A stretch of 55,633 nucleotides of DNA from the IMG/VR virus record IMGVR_UViG_3300032092_000037, positions 1-55,633 of that record. One strand, given 5' to 3'. The notes under the pieces are model-generated. The model had not been told where the DNA came from and made no database searches. It was given only the letters and a program-made list of their open reading frames with translations. Below are positions 25,999 through 35,330 of this stretch, piece after piece. The position numbers and the translations under genes were made by a program. Position 1 is the stretch's first letter. Each line of letters starts with the position of its first letter. Source of the DNA: a virus. Lineage: Duplodnaviria > Caudoviricetes.

Positions 25999-26522
25999 AG
26001 ATCGACATCGGCTGCGGGCCGAACAAGCAGGCCGGTTTCATCGGTCTCGACCAGCACGCATTTCCCGGCGTTGACCATGTCGTGGCGCTGGGCCGCGCGC
26101 CGCTGCCGTTTGGAAACGAGACAGTCGAGGAAGTCTATGCCTCGCATTTCGTGGAACACCTGACGGCCACCGAACGCTGCCAGTTGTTCAATGAGCTCTA
26201 CCGGGTGATGAAGCCCGGCGCGAAGATGACCATGATCGTTCCGCACTGGGGATCGACGCGGGCCTATGGCGACCCGACGCACCAGTGGCCGCCGATCTCG
26301 GAGATGTTCTTCTACTACCTCAACAAGGCTTGGCGGGACGGGAACGCGCCGCACACGGACAAGGCACACTGGCCCGAGGGCTATGGCTGCAATTTCGAGG
26401 CGACATGGGGCTATTCGATCAACCCTGCGCTGCTGACGCGCAACCAGGAGTTCCAGCAATTCGCACTGAACCACTATCGGGAAGCGGCGCACGACATCCA
26501 CGCGACCCTGACCCGCAAGTAG
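25995..26522 (+). CDS. Class I SAM-dependent methyltransferase (small-molecule/glycan type)
   Basis: IDIGCG, LPF..ETVEEVYASHFVEHL, ELYRVMKPGA, DPTH. Confidence 0.85.
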   Translation: MKIDIGCGPNKQAGFIGLDQHAFPGVDHVVALGRAPLPFGNETVEEVYASHFVEHLTATERCQLFNELYRVMKPGAKMTMIVPHWGSTRAYGDPTHQWPPISEMFFYYLNKAWRDGNAPHTDKAHWPEGYGCNFEATWGYSINPALLTRNQEFQQFALNHYREAAHDIHATLTRK

Positions 26523-26688
26523 ACCCGCTCATCGCGCTTTGCCGCGCCGTCGTGGAACTCACGAACACGGATGAGTGGAAGTCGATGACCATGCAGCAGT
26601 TCGTTGCGCGTGGCGTGGAGGTTTCGGACGGGCAGGCAAGCGCCTATGACCTGTCGTTCTACTATGACCGATTGAAGGGCGGTCGCCA

Positions 26689-27780
26689 GTGAGCATATTC
26701 CAGCACGACGCGTTCCAGGCGGATGGCTTCCAGATCGGGGCCATACAGGGTGGAGCGGCATCCGACAGGACCGGAACGCTTTCGGTTACGCTGGAAGACG
26801 TTGCGCTGTCATCCACGTCTGCTCTTGCGCTCAAGAGCGTGGCTTCGATCACGCTGGACGCGATAGGGCTAAGTGCGGCGGGCGCTGTCGCCATCAAGGC
26901 AGATGCATCCGTTACGCTGGAGGCCGTGTCGCTGAGCACGGCCGGCGCAGTGGCGCTCAAGGGCAATGCGTCGGTCACGCTGGGCGACATCGCCTTCAGC
27001 TCGACAACGGCGCTGGCGCTCAAGGCATCCGCGACGCCGACGCTGGATGATCTGACGGTAAGCTCTACGGCTGCGGTTGCCATCACGGGCGCGCTCAGCG
27101 TGACGCTTGGCGATCTTGCGCTGTCGGCGGATGGCACGATTTCGGGCGGCGGCATTGCGGCGGCGCTTGCCGTCACGCTGGATGATCTCAGCCTGATTGC
27201 AACAAGCGTCCTGACGGTTCCGCCGACCCGGCGGCGCGGTGGACGTGGCGATGAGACCGGCAGCCGCAAGCGTCAGTCCAAATGGACGAAGCGCAAGACC
27301 TACATCGAGTGGTCGAAGAAATACTGGGACGAGCGCAGGAAGCGTGAGGACGAACTGGCCCGCGCGCTTCTGGGCGAGGGGCCGGCGCAGGATGTCGATC
27401 TGCCGGTTGCCGAGGCCCCGGAGGCAGAACCGCCAGCGCTGATTGCGCCTGAAGCGGCCGTTTCGCTGGAAGCCGAGCGTGACCGGCTGGCGGAGATCAT
27501 GCAGGCGGCGCAGGCGGCCTTTGCCGAGCGCGCTGCACGTGTCCAGAAGGCTGCCCTGAAGGCGGTTGCCGACAAGGCGCGAATCGAACTGCCCTCGGAG
27601 GGCGAGAAGGCCGAGCAGAAAGCGCTTCTGGACTGGCTGGAGGCCCGCAGTCTCTGGATCGAGCGGCAGCGTGCCGAGGCGGAACGTCAGGAAGCCGAAA
27701 GGCTGGAGGCGCTTCGTGTGGAGGAAGAACTGGAGGCGGTTGCCGAGGAGCAGGTTATCCTGATGCTTCTGGCGGCCTAG
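26689..27780 (+). CDS. Virion-associated protein with about 21-aa repeats and charged tail
   Basis: FQHDAFQADGFQ start, about 7 SVTL[D/E/G]-type repeats, Arg-rich linker, acidic helical C-terminus. Confidence 0.7.
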   Translation: MSIFQHDAFQADGFQIGAIQGGAASDRTGTLSVTLEDVALSSTSALALKSVASITLDAIGLSAAGAVAIKADASVTLEAVSLSTAGAVALKGNASVTLGDIAFSSTTALALKASATPTLDDLTVSSTAAVAITGALSVTLGDLALSADGTISGGGIAAALAVTLDDLSLIATSVLTVPPTRRRGGRGDETGSRKRQSKWTKRKTYIEWSKKYWDERRKREDELARALLGEGPAQDVDLPVAEAPEAEPPALIAPEAAVSLEAERDRLAEIMQAAQAAFAERAARVQKAALKAVADKARIELPSEGEKAEQKALLDWLEARSLWIERQRAEAERQEAERLEALRVEEELEAVAEEQVILMLLAA

Positions 27781-27817
27781 GCTGGAAAACGGGGGTGGAA
27801 CGCGGTAGGTTGCGGGG

Positions 27818-28012
27818 ATGGAGAAGCCAATCGCAGTTTGGAACGATGCCGCCATTGCTGAATGGTGGAAGAACTCCAACGATTCTAGTTTTGTGCCCCC
27901 CAAACCTTCGCCAAAAGATCAGGCTTATATCGATGCTGGAGTCGATGGCTGGGGGATGTCGCGAGCTGATCGCAGAGAGAGAGACCGACTTTTAGACCAG
28001 AGTGGGAAATGA
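27818..28012 (+). CDS. Small moron protein
   Basis: TAGGTT -10-like element 6 nt before ATG (leaderless); lower GC. Confidence 0.45.
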   Translation: MEKPIAVWNDAAIAEWWKNSNDSSFVPPKPSPKDQAYIDAGVDGWGMSRADRRERDRLLDQSGK

Positions 28013-28280
28013 GCGGCGCTGGGAGCATGAAAGACTGATGAGCGGGCTGCGTGTCACATATCGGAGCGGGGAAGTGGTTGAGTATACCGCCGCCCGCATC
28101 GACAAACTCAGCAGGCGCGAATCGTTAGAACTTCATGGCGAAGCTTTGATGTTTGATTGTGGCGAGTTGCTCTGGCGCGACAAAAGGCTGGGCGAGATTG
28201 TACGTCGCTCATCGGTGCTGTCGCAGGAAGACCTGCAGCCCGATCCGATACACCGCGCCATTAGGGCGATGAGCAGCTAG
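28002..28280 (+). CDS. Small moron protein
   Basis: Overlaps the preceding stop; followed by a terminator. Confidence 0.45.
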   Translation: MGNERRWEHERLMSGLRVTYRSGEVVEYTAARIDKLSRRESLELHGEALMFDCGELLWRDKRLGEIVRRSSVLSQEDLQPDPIHRAIRAMSS

Positions 28281-28307
28281 CCGCCTCTCACATTGCAAAG
28301 AACACCG

Positions 28308-28334
28308 ACGCCGCCCCTCAAAAGGCGGCGTTTT
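28308..28334 (+). terminator. Intrinsic terminator
   Basis: ACGCCGCC/GGCGGCGT stem then TTT. Confidence 0.6.
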
Positions 28335-28346
28335 CTGTAGGTCCAC

Positions 28347-28538
28347 ATGAACATAAAGCCCCGACTTAACCTGAGCCGCGTTGGCTCCAAGCGTTTCGCC
28401 CATTTCAGCATCAGGCTGGATACGAACGATGGGTTGACCGTGTTCTGGTCGCTCGCGCTTGGCGGTTATGGCCCGCCGATCAGCACTCAAGCCTTTGTCA
28501 CTGACCGCAGGAACAGGAAGCTGTTCGCGGACGCCTGA
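28347..28538 (+). CDS. Small hypothetical protein
   Basis: 63-aa ORF between two terminator-like hairpins. Confidence 0.4.
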   Translation: MNIKPRLNLSRVGSKRFAHFSIRLDTNDGLTVFWSLALGGYGPPISTQAFVTDRRNRKLFADA

Positions 28539-28553
28539 CATTCAAAGACACAG

Positions 28554-28583
28554 ACGGCTCGCTCTCACAGGCGGGCCGTTTTT
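28554..28583 (+). terminator. Intrinsic terminator-like hairpin
   Basis: ACGGCTCGC/GCGGGCCGT then TTTT. Confidence 0.6.
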
Positions 28584-28588
28584 CGTAG

Positions 28589-28640
28589 CCGCCGCCGGGC
28601 TCAATCGGGCGCACGACCGCCGCCGGGTCTTCATCGGGCG
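28589..28640 (+). repeat. Tandem motif upstream of the scaffold gene
   Basis: CCGCCGCCGGG-N4/N5-ATCGGGCG at 28589-28611 and 28617-28640. Confidence 0.7.
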
Positions 28641-28655
28641 TTTGGAGCCGACAAC

Positions 28656-29522
28656 GTGAAAGAAGGACAGACTGACTTCCTGGATGAGTTCGACGCTCAG
28701 GATGCTGCGCCACCGCAGACGCCTGAGCCTCAGAGCGAGCCGTCGAAAGACGTTGCCCGCGACGAGAAGGGCCGCTTTGCCCCCAAGGCAGAGGAACCCG
28801 CAACCGAACCCGTCCAACAGGGCGCAAAACCCGAGCCGGCGCAGGCCGTTTCGGAGCCGGAGCCGCCATCCGAGCCGGAAGGGTCGCACGTCCCGGTTTC
28901 TGCGTTGAAAGCAGAGCGGGCAAAGCGTCAGGCGCTTGAGGCCGAACTGGCCAAATTCAGGCAGCCGGCCGCCCAGCCGCAAGTTCAACCGCAACCAACC
29001 CCGAAAAGCCCGGAGTTCACACCTCCGCAGGTCGATTGGGAGCAAGACCCGCAACACTACGTCCAGGCCCAGATCCACTCGATCAAGATGGAGCAGTCGA
29101 AGTTCTTCGCTGTCTCCCAGTCGAGCGAGCAGGAAGTGGCCGAGGCGTGGGATGCCTTCAACAAGGCATGTGACGCAGACCCCGCAATTTCCGCGTACTC
29201 GGAAACCCTCGTCAATCACCCGCATCCGATGGGTGAAGTCCTCAAATGGCACCGCAAGCAGCAACAGCTTCGGCAGCTTGAGGAATATGGCGGGTTCGAC
29301 AAGTACCGGGAGCGCGTGATCGCGGAGTACCTGGCCTCCCAGCAGGGACAGCCAGCCGCAATCACGGGCGCAGCGCCGGCACGTCAGACGCAACCGAAGC
29401 CTGCCGTTCCGCCCTCGCTGGCGAATGGCGGAATCGGCGCAGCGGCAGCTTCCGAACCGACCAGCGACGATGTCGATTTCGACAGCTTCTTCGGGGAGGC
29501 GCGCAAACCCCGAAAACGCTAG
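28656..29522 (+). CDS. Scaffolding protein
   Basis: Directly upstream of the capsid gene; RDEKGRF, VPVSALKAERAKRQ, PPSL; acidic/Pro-rich. Confidence 0.8.
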   Translation: MKEGQTDFLDEFDAQDAAPPQTPEPQSEPSKDVARDEKGRFAPKAEEPATEPVQQGAKPEPAQAVSEPEPPSEPEGSHVPVSALKAERAKRQALEAELAKFRQPAAQPQVQPQPTPKSPEFTPPQVDWEQDPQHYVQAQIHSIKMEQSKFFAVSQSSEQEVAEAWDAFNKACDADPAISAYSETLVNHPHPMGEVLKWHRKQQQLRQLEEYGGFDKYRERVIAEYLASQQGQPAAITGAAPARQTQPKPAVPPSLANGGIGAAAASEPTSDDVDFDSFFGEARKPRKR

Positions 29523-29531
29523 GAGCAATAG

Positions 29532-30656
29532 ATGTCGTATACCACGACAGCCGCTGAAAATACCCTCAAGAAATGGGAAACGAACTACTTCAAGGAGTTC
29601 GTCCGCGAGTCCGGCTTCATGCCCTACATGGGCACCGGCTCGACCAACCCCTTCGTCGTCAAGAAGCAGCTCATCGACGGCGGGCAGGTCATCTCGATCC
29701 CGCTCGTCTATGCGCTGACCGGAGACGGCAAGGGCACTGACACGCTGGTCGGCTCGGAAGAAAGCCTCGTCAATCGCGGCTATGACCTGAAGCCCTACTG
29801 GCATCGTCACGCCGTGGCGATGAAGAAGTCCGAGAAGCACAACTCCACCATCGACCTCGCCAATGCGGCGCGCGACATGCTGAAGGTGTGGGACATGGAC
29901 ACGATGCGCGATGACATCATCAACGCGCTCTCGTCCGTGGTCGAAAGCTCGGGCGCCTACAACGAACTGACCGGTCACGCCAAGGAGGTTCCGTTCTCCG
30001 AAGCCACCACGGCGCAGAAGAACACGTGGGCGGCTGCGAACCAGACGCGCATCGTTCCCGGCGCCACGCTCAACAACTACAACGCCACGTTCGCGACCAT
30101 GACGGCCAACCTCGACACGACCAACGACACGCTGACGGTCGAGAAAATCCAGCTCATGAAGCGGGTCGCCAAGAAACGCGACAAGTCGACCGGGCAGGCG
30201 ACGGTTCGTCCGATCCGCACCGGCGAACAGGGCCGTGAATACTTCGTGTGCTTCGCGCACTCGCTGGCATTCCGCGATCTCGCCGCCGACATGGAGACGA
30301 TCAACCTCGACGGCCGCCCCCGCAATGTCGACGACAACCCGATCTTCCAGGATGGGGATTTGCTCGTCGATGGCGTCGTGATCCGGGAAATCCCCGAGAT
30401 TGCGACCTACGGAACGATTGGCGCGGCTTCGGCAACCGTCGTGCCGGCCTACTTCTGCGGCGCGCAGGCTCTGGGCATCGCCTGGGGTCAGATGCCACGC
30501 GTCACCCGCCGGAAAGAGGACGACTACGAGTTCATCGACGGCGTTGGCACGGAGTCGCTCTATTCGGTCGAGAAGCTCCGCTACATCCCGCCGGGCGGGT
30601 CGTCTGCCGTTGACTACGGCATGATCACCGGCCTCTTCGCCACCGCTGCCGACTAA
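29532..30656 (+). CDS. Major capsid protein (DUF4043/N4-gp56-like)
   Basis: AGGAG SD; strongly biased codons; LVGSEESL, RHAV, NPIFQ...VDGVVIREIP, FCGAQAL, DYG. Confidence 0.85.
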   Translation: MSYTTTAAENTLKKWETNYFKEFVRESGFMPYMGTGSTNPFVVKKQLIDGGQVISIPLVYALTGDGKGTDTLVGSEESLVNRGYDLKPYWHRHAVAMKKSEKHNSTIDLANAARDMLKVWDMDTMRDDIINALSSVVESSGAYNELTGHAKEVPFSEATTAQKNTWAAANQTRIVPGATLNNYNATFATMTANLDTTNDTLTVEKIQLMKRVAKKRDKSTGQATVRPIRTGEQGREYFVCFAHSLAFRDLAADMETINLDGRPRNVDDNPIFQDGDLLVDGVVIREIPEIATYGTIGAASATVVPAYFCGAQALGIAWGQMPRVTRRKEDDYEFIDGVGTESLYSVEKLRYIPPGGSSAVDYGMITGLFATAAD

Positions 30657-30672
30657 TCAGGAGCACACACAC

Positions 30673-31077
30673 ATGGCTGCGTATCAAGCGACTGAAATGT
30701 CGGTTCCCTGCATTCACTACCTGCGCAGGGGTGTCAGCGAGGCGGACGAAGGCCTTGGCGCTCTCACGGTTGGCGTCCTGCCGGCTGGCGCCATTGTCGT
30801 TCAGGCTGGTATCATCGTCGGGACGGCCTTCAATGGCACGTCTCCGATTGTCGATATCGGCACCTCGGGCGATGGCGATGGCTTCGCCACCGACCTTGCC
30901 CTGGGAACGATCGGCAACATCGTCTGGGACGAACTGGCGACGTCCAACGACCTCTATTCGACGTCTGAAGTCACCGTCACCTGCACCGTCTCCGCGACGG
31001 GCAACGATTCGACGGCGGGTTACGGCGTCGTCTATGTCGGGTTCATCCCGAACAACGGCAACGGCCGCGCGTCGTAA
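30673..31077 (+). CDS. Capsid decoration/cement protein
   Basis: Follows the capsid gene; LPAGAIV...TAFNG...DIGTSGD. Confidence 0.7.
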   Translation: MAAYQATEMSVPCIHYLRRGVSEADEGLGALTVGVLPAGAIVVQAGIIVGTAFNGTSPIVDIGTSGDGDGFATDLALGTIGNIVWDELATSNDLYSTSEVTVTCTVSATGNDSTAGYGVVYVGFIPNNGNGRAS

Positions 31078-31090
31078 CGACTGACTGAGG

Positions 31091-31120
31091 ATGGCGGGGG
31101 CTTTCGGGCTCCCGCCATTT
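31091..31120 (+). terminator. Terminator after the head genes
   Basis: ATGGCGGGGGC-TTTCGG-GCTCCCGCCAT then TT. Confidence 0.7.
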
Positions 31121-31157
31121 GCCTTGGCTTTTCCTGCAAATCTGGCATGATGCGGGC

Positions 31158-31388
31158 ATGGAAAAGCCCGATGAATTTGTGACGTTTGACGTCATGGTTA
31201 CAGCGACCGCTGCCCCGATCGATGCGACGATCAAGTTCCGCGACGGGCATAAGGTCAACCTCCGCTTCAACGAGGAGACGCCAGTTTGCGGGCCTTACAC
31301 GGCGGAAGACGTTGAGAGCATCACCTACTACACCGCGACGACTTCGCCTGACTGCGTGATTTCGGTTGGCACAGAGGCGAAAGACTGA
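31158..31388 (+). CDS. Small moron protein
   Basis: TTGGCT-N16-CATGAT ends 6 nt before ATG (leaderless). Confidence 0.5.
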   Translation: MEKPDEFVTFDVMVTATAAPIDATIKFRDGHKVNLRFNEETPVCGPYTAEDVESITYYTATTSPDCVISVGTEAKD

Positions 31389-31495
31389 TGAGCGACAGAA
31401 CAATCTAAGCCGCAGAGCGCGCTAAACAACTGCGGCCTCTGGCGTGGCGATCCTTCGGGGTCGCCACAGTCATTTTACAGACCAGCGGAGATAAC

Positions 31496-31861
31496 ATGGG
31501 ACTGCAGATCAAGACCCCGCAGGCATTCGTCTATGTGGCGAAAATCCCCGCGGCAAAGAAGATCAAGGGCATCGTGTTCAAGCGGGATGTGCCCGTGTCG
31601 GTGCATGACCCGAAGGTGATCCGGCTCCTGGCGCGCCTGCCCTACATGCGGCAGGCAGAGGACGCCGCTGTGCCGGCGCCAAAGCCAAAAGCCGATGGGC
31701 CTCTGGATATTCCGCAGGACTGGCAGAAGGCGCACTGGAAACGGCGCATGGCATGGGCGCGGGCAATTGCCGGGGCCGAGATGACGACGCCGTCCGAGGC
31801 CAACCGGGTGATTGCGGAACATCGGGGCGAAACCGTCGCCGCGCAGACCGAGGCGGCCTGA
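31496..31861 (+). CDS. Hypothetical head-completion region protein
   Basis: GGAG SD; position before the adaptor. Confidence 0.65.
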   Translation: MGLQIKTPQAFVYVAKIPAAKKIKGIVFKRDVPVSVHDPKVIRLLARLPYMRQAEDAAVPAPKPKADGPLDIPQDWQKAHWKRRMAWARAIAGAEMTTPSEANRVIAEHRGETVAAQTEAA

Positions 31862-31864
31862 TCC

Positions 31865-32230
31865 ATGGCGGACGCGACGCTGGCCGAGATGCGCAACCGC
31901 GTGCTGGAAAAGCTGCACGTGCTGATCGCAGGCGAGACGGCGGAATCCGAGGACGCCACGACCATCGAGACCGTCATCGAGAACATCAACGAGGAATTGC
32001 GGGAAGACGAAATCTGCTACTGGTCTGACACGGGAACGCCGCGTCACCTCATGGAGACGCTGGCGGCAATCTACGCCTGCCATGCGGCCAACGACTACAT
32101 GGATGCGCAGGAGGCAGCGGCGTTCCGCTCCGACCGCCTGACCGGCATTGATCCGGCGATGGCAAGGCTGCGTGACCTGACGGCGGCCAAGCGCCGTGTC
32201 GCGACGCCCAGCAAGGGCACCTATTTCTGA
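31865..32230 (+). CDS. Head-to-tail adaptor (P22 gp4-like)
   Basis: NRVLEKLHVLIAGETAESED helical motif; synteny. Confidence 0.7.
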   Translation: MADATLAEMRNRVLEKLHVLIAGETAESEDATTIETVIENINEELREDEICYWSDTGTPRHLMETLAAIYACHAANDYMDAQEAAAFRSDRLTGIDPAMARLRDLTAAKRRVATPSKGTYF

Positions 32231-34059
32231 TGCGTGCGGCCCTTGCCATGTCCGCAGCCCGGCCGCTTGTGACGGGGCTACCGGAGAAGTTCTGCCACAA
32301 CGTCTACGCCGAGCCGAACCCGACCGATCCGGCGCGCCCGATGGTGCTGATGGAGACGCCGGGAAGCCTGAAGCGGAACACGTTCGCATCGGCCTGTCGC
32401 GGCATGTGGCAGGCGGATGGGCACGCCTCGGGCAAGGTGCTGATCGGACAGGGCTCGACGCTCTCGACATTCGATCCGGCGACCAACACCGCGGGGAGCC
32501 TCACGGGATCCATCGCCGGAACGGATCGCGGCGACTGCGCCTTCACCGAACAGCAGGCCATGTTCCTGTTTGATGGCCAGCCCTATATTTCGGACGGGAC
32601 GTATATTCGCCGCGCCTCCGATGGCGTGCTGGATGACCCCAACCTGGCCATCGGATCGACGCCGGCCAACGTTGCAACCGGGGCCTTCGACTATTCCATC
32701 AATGGCGTCACCTATTCCAAGGGCGCGGTTGCAGCGGGTACAGCCCCGGGCAACGATGTCGTCCCGCTGGGGCTGTATGGGGCCGTTGCGCTGGATATCG
32801 ACAGTGCGGGGACGATCACCGCCATCGAAGCCCCGGCCAACGCCACGGGCTATGCCAGCGCCTCCCTTGCGGCTGCGGCCCTGCCGACCGTGCTCACGAC
32901 GCGGGTGCGGATAGGCTATGTCACCGCGTCCAAATCGGACGGTGCATTCACGTTTGGCACGACATCGCTTGCAGCGGCCAACACGACGGTTGCCTACACG
33001 GACAGCGCGGTCAACACGGGGTACACGGACCTGCTGGCCGATCATGGACAGACAGGCTTCACCAGCGTTGCAGCGCTTGGGCAGAGGTTCCTGCTGACCT
33101 ATGGCTCGCGCTTCTGCTTTACCGATGTGCTGGACGGGTTTGCGACGACCTCGCTCAACTACTACACGGCGGAAAGCTCGCCTGATACGCTTATCGCCGG
33201 GCGCGTCATCAACAATGTCTATTACCTGTTCGGCACGCGCACGATTGAGCCATGGGTTCAGTCAGGCGATTCCGACGACCCCTTTGCCTTGCAGGAAGGC
33301 CTGATCCAGCAGACCGGCGCAGCCTGCCGGGACGGCATTGTGGAATCCGACAACACGCTTTTCTTCATCGACGACGCCTTCAACCCCTGCCGTCTCGGGT
33401 CCGGTTCCTCCGTCATCCTCAATCCCGAGGATCCGTGGGTCAGCGATCTTCTGCAGGACGCGGGAGCCGAGAACATCATTGCGCTGGGCTATTCAGACAG
33501 GGCGCACACATTCGCGGGCTGGCGGACGCCCGATGGCTGCGTGTTCTATGACGGCCTCACCCGGACATGGCACACGCGGGGTACGCTCAACACGGATACC
33601 TGGCGCTATACGGCCATGGTCGAGGCGGATGCGCGGGTGTTCGTCATGGATGGAACCGGGCAGTTCGACGAGCTGGGCCGGGACTACCTGTCGGAATCGA
33701 TGGCCACCACGACGACGATGGGTACGGAAATCCAGCGCCGGATGACGGCTATCCTGCCGACACAGGCTGGCCGTCTGGCAATCAAGACGGTCAAGATCGA
33801 GGGGTCCAAAGGTATCGGCCTCAGCACGGGGCAGGGCTCGGACCCGCTGATCCAGATGCGCCAGAGCAAGGATGGCGGGAACACCTTCACGTCATGGATG
33901 AGCCGGAAGCTCGGGCTTATCGGCGTCTATGACCAGCGCTCGATCTGGCGCCGGCGTGGCCGGGCAAGGGATCAGGGCGTCGTGTTCGAGTTCCGCAAGT
34001 CCGACCCGGTGCGGGCGGCTTATACCGGCGTGCTGGTCAATGAGGATGGCCCGCGATGA
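32230..34059 (+). CDS. Tail hub/nozzle (P22 gp10-like) with inserted domain
   Basis: TPG..., YTAESSPD, FGTRTIEPW, YDGLTRTWH, SKDGGNTF, WRRRGRARD. Confidence 0.85.
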   Translation: MRAALAMSAARPLVTGLPEKFCHNVYAEPNPTDPARPMVLMETPGSLKRNTFASACRGMWQADGHASGKVLIGQGSTLSTFDPATNTAGSLTGSIAGTDRGDCAFTEQQAMFLFDGQPYISDGTYIRRASDGVLDDPNLAIGSTPANVATGAFDYSINGVTYSKGAVAAGTAPGNDVVPLGLYGAVALDIDSAGTITAIEAPANATGYASASLAAAALPTVLTTRVRIGYVTASKSDGAFTFGTTSLAAANTTVAYTDSAVNTGYTDLLADHGQTGFTSVAALGQRFLLTYGSRFCFTDVLDGFATTSLNYYTAESSPDTLIAGRVINNVYYLFGTRTIEPWVQSGDSDDPFALQEGLIQQTGAACRDGIVESDNTLFFIDDAFNPCRLGSGSSVILNPEDPWVSDLLQDAGAENIIALGYSDRAHTFAGWRTPDGCVFYDGLTRTWHTRGTLNTDTWRYTAMVEADARVFVMDGTGQFDELGRDYLSESMATTTTMGTEIQRRMTAILPTQAGRLAIKTVKIEGSKGIGLSTGQGSDPLIQMRQSKDGGNTFTSWMSRKLGLIGVYDQRSIWRRRGRARDQGVVFEFRKSDPVRAAYTGVLVNEDGPR

Positions 34060-34253
34060 ACAATGCGCAGCTTGCAACGGCGCGGCGCGTCACGCGGGAG
34101 TTTCCGACCCTGCGCATCCGCAAGGATGGCCTGACGCTTGTTCCCGTTGCGCCTGGCGGGGCGACGGGAACTCCCGTGCAGGTGACGGACAGGATGGATG
34201 AAACGGCGCTGCGGGATGCGCTGCGGGCTTCCTGCGAGGCATTGCTTTCATGA
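34056..34253 (+). CDS. Small hypothetical protein
   Basis: ATGA-coupled on both sides. Confidence 0.5.
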   Translation: MNNAQLATARRVTREFPTLRIRKDGLTLVPVAPGGATGTPVQVTDRMDETALRDALRASCEALLS

Positions 34254-34777
34254 GCGATGTCAGGCGAGAACCGAAACTGCCGCCGATTGACACGCCGCTG
34301 CTCAACGAGGACGGCCGCACGCTCAATCGCGCGTGGTATCGGTATTTTCAGGGCGAGCGGACGTTCAGCGACAACGTCAACAGCGGGACGAACCAGCTCC
34401 GGGCCGAAACGGCGGCGGCGCAGGCGGCAGCAGATGCCGCGCAGCAGCAGGCCAATGACGTGGCGGCCGAGGCGCTGGCGTTCACAGTCGCAATCTCGCC
34501 CTTTGCTGCGATCAAGACGCGCATCGGGTCCGGCAGCGCGACGACGAACAGCGTCACGGCGACGCCGACAGGCGGCACAGGCCCCTACACCTATGCATGG
34601 GCTCTGGTCACGGGCGACACGTTCACGGTGAACAGCCCGACATCCGCGACGACGACATTCACGGCAAGCGTGGGCGTTGGCGAAGACAAGACGGCGACCT
34701 ATCGCGTGACGGTCACGGACTCGCTGGCCGCGACGGCGACGGCGACGTGCAGCGTCAGCATTTCGGAAGTTTCCTGA
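34250..34777 (+). CDS. Tail needle-like protein (gp26 position) with C-terminal Ig-like domain
   Basis: PLLNEDGRTLNRAWYRYF, short coiled coil, GGTGPYTYAW...YRVTVTDS. Confidence 0.65.
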   Translation: MSDVRREPKLPPIDTPLLNEDGRTLNRAWYRYFQGERTFSDNVNSGTNQLRAETAAAQAAADAAQQQANDVAAEALAFTVAISPFAAIKTRIGSGSATTNSVTATPTGGTGPYTYAWALVTGDTFTVNSPTSATTTFTASVGVGEDKTATYRVTVTDSLAATATATCSVSISEVS

Positions 34778-34790
34778 TAGGAAAAACGTT

Positions 34791-35330
34791 TTGAAGTTCA
34801 TGGTGATTGGCCTACCACGGTCGATGACGACCTGGGCCGCAAACTGGCTTTCCAGGTCAGATTTTACAGTCGTGCACGACCCACTCTATCGCGCTCATTA
34901 TACGGAGTGGGGTGGTCGTTTTCAGGCTGTCAGTTGCACCGGCATCTGGCGCTGGTCCCGCTGGGTAAACGCTCAAGACTGCCGAAAGCTTGTCCTGCGC
35001 CGTCCCGAAGCTGATGTTATTTCGTCCATCAAAAAAATGGGGGCAGCAATGCACGTCCCTATTCAGGGCGGTGAGGCGACGTTGGACCAAATTCAAGGTT
35101 CGGACGTGTGGCACACGCCAAGCGTTGATCTCCTGAAGGCTTCCACGGCGAAACCGATCTGGGAGTGGCTACATCCAGATGTTCCGTTTGACGCATTTCG
35201 TCACGATGAAATGACCCGGTGGAAAGTAGAGCCACAACTCTCGGCAGCGACTGGCTCTGACAATGATCTTCTTGCTCGATTGCTTCTTGAGCTTCAAATG
35301 AAGGACGGCGCACAATGCCTTGGGCAATAA
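34791..35330 (+). CDS. Sulfotransferase-like P-loop protein
   Basis: FMVIGLPRSMTTWAANWL...VHDP resembles the 5'-PSB loop (PRSGTT); LVLRR...DVISS resembles the 3'-PB motif. Confidence 0.6.
   Translation: MKFMVIGLPRSMTTWAANWLSRSDFTVVHDPLYRAHYTEWGGRFQAVSCTGIWRWSRWVNAQDCRKLVLRRPEADVISSIKKMGAAMHVPIQGGEATLDQIQGSDVWHTPSVDLLKASTAKPIWEWLHPDVPFDAFRHDEMTRWKVEPQLSAATGSDNDLLARLLLELQMKDGAQCLGQ

Noticed and set aside
25995-26522. DNA methyltransferase
   Set aside because: It lacks DPPY/NPPY or PC catalytic motifs; the pattern fits small-molecule class I methyltransferases.
26760-27220. CRISPR array or DGR-type repeats
   Set aside because: The repeats are in-frame, degenerate protein repeats of about 21 aa. 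No constant repeat-spacer pattern and no cas or reverse transcriptase gene were seen.
28542-30260. 572-aa minus-strand ORF (also 50424..51788 and 20278..21366)
   Set aside because: These are antisense shadows of strongly biased high-GC genes (capsid, Hsp70, portal) with no recognisable motifs.
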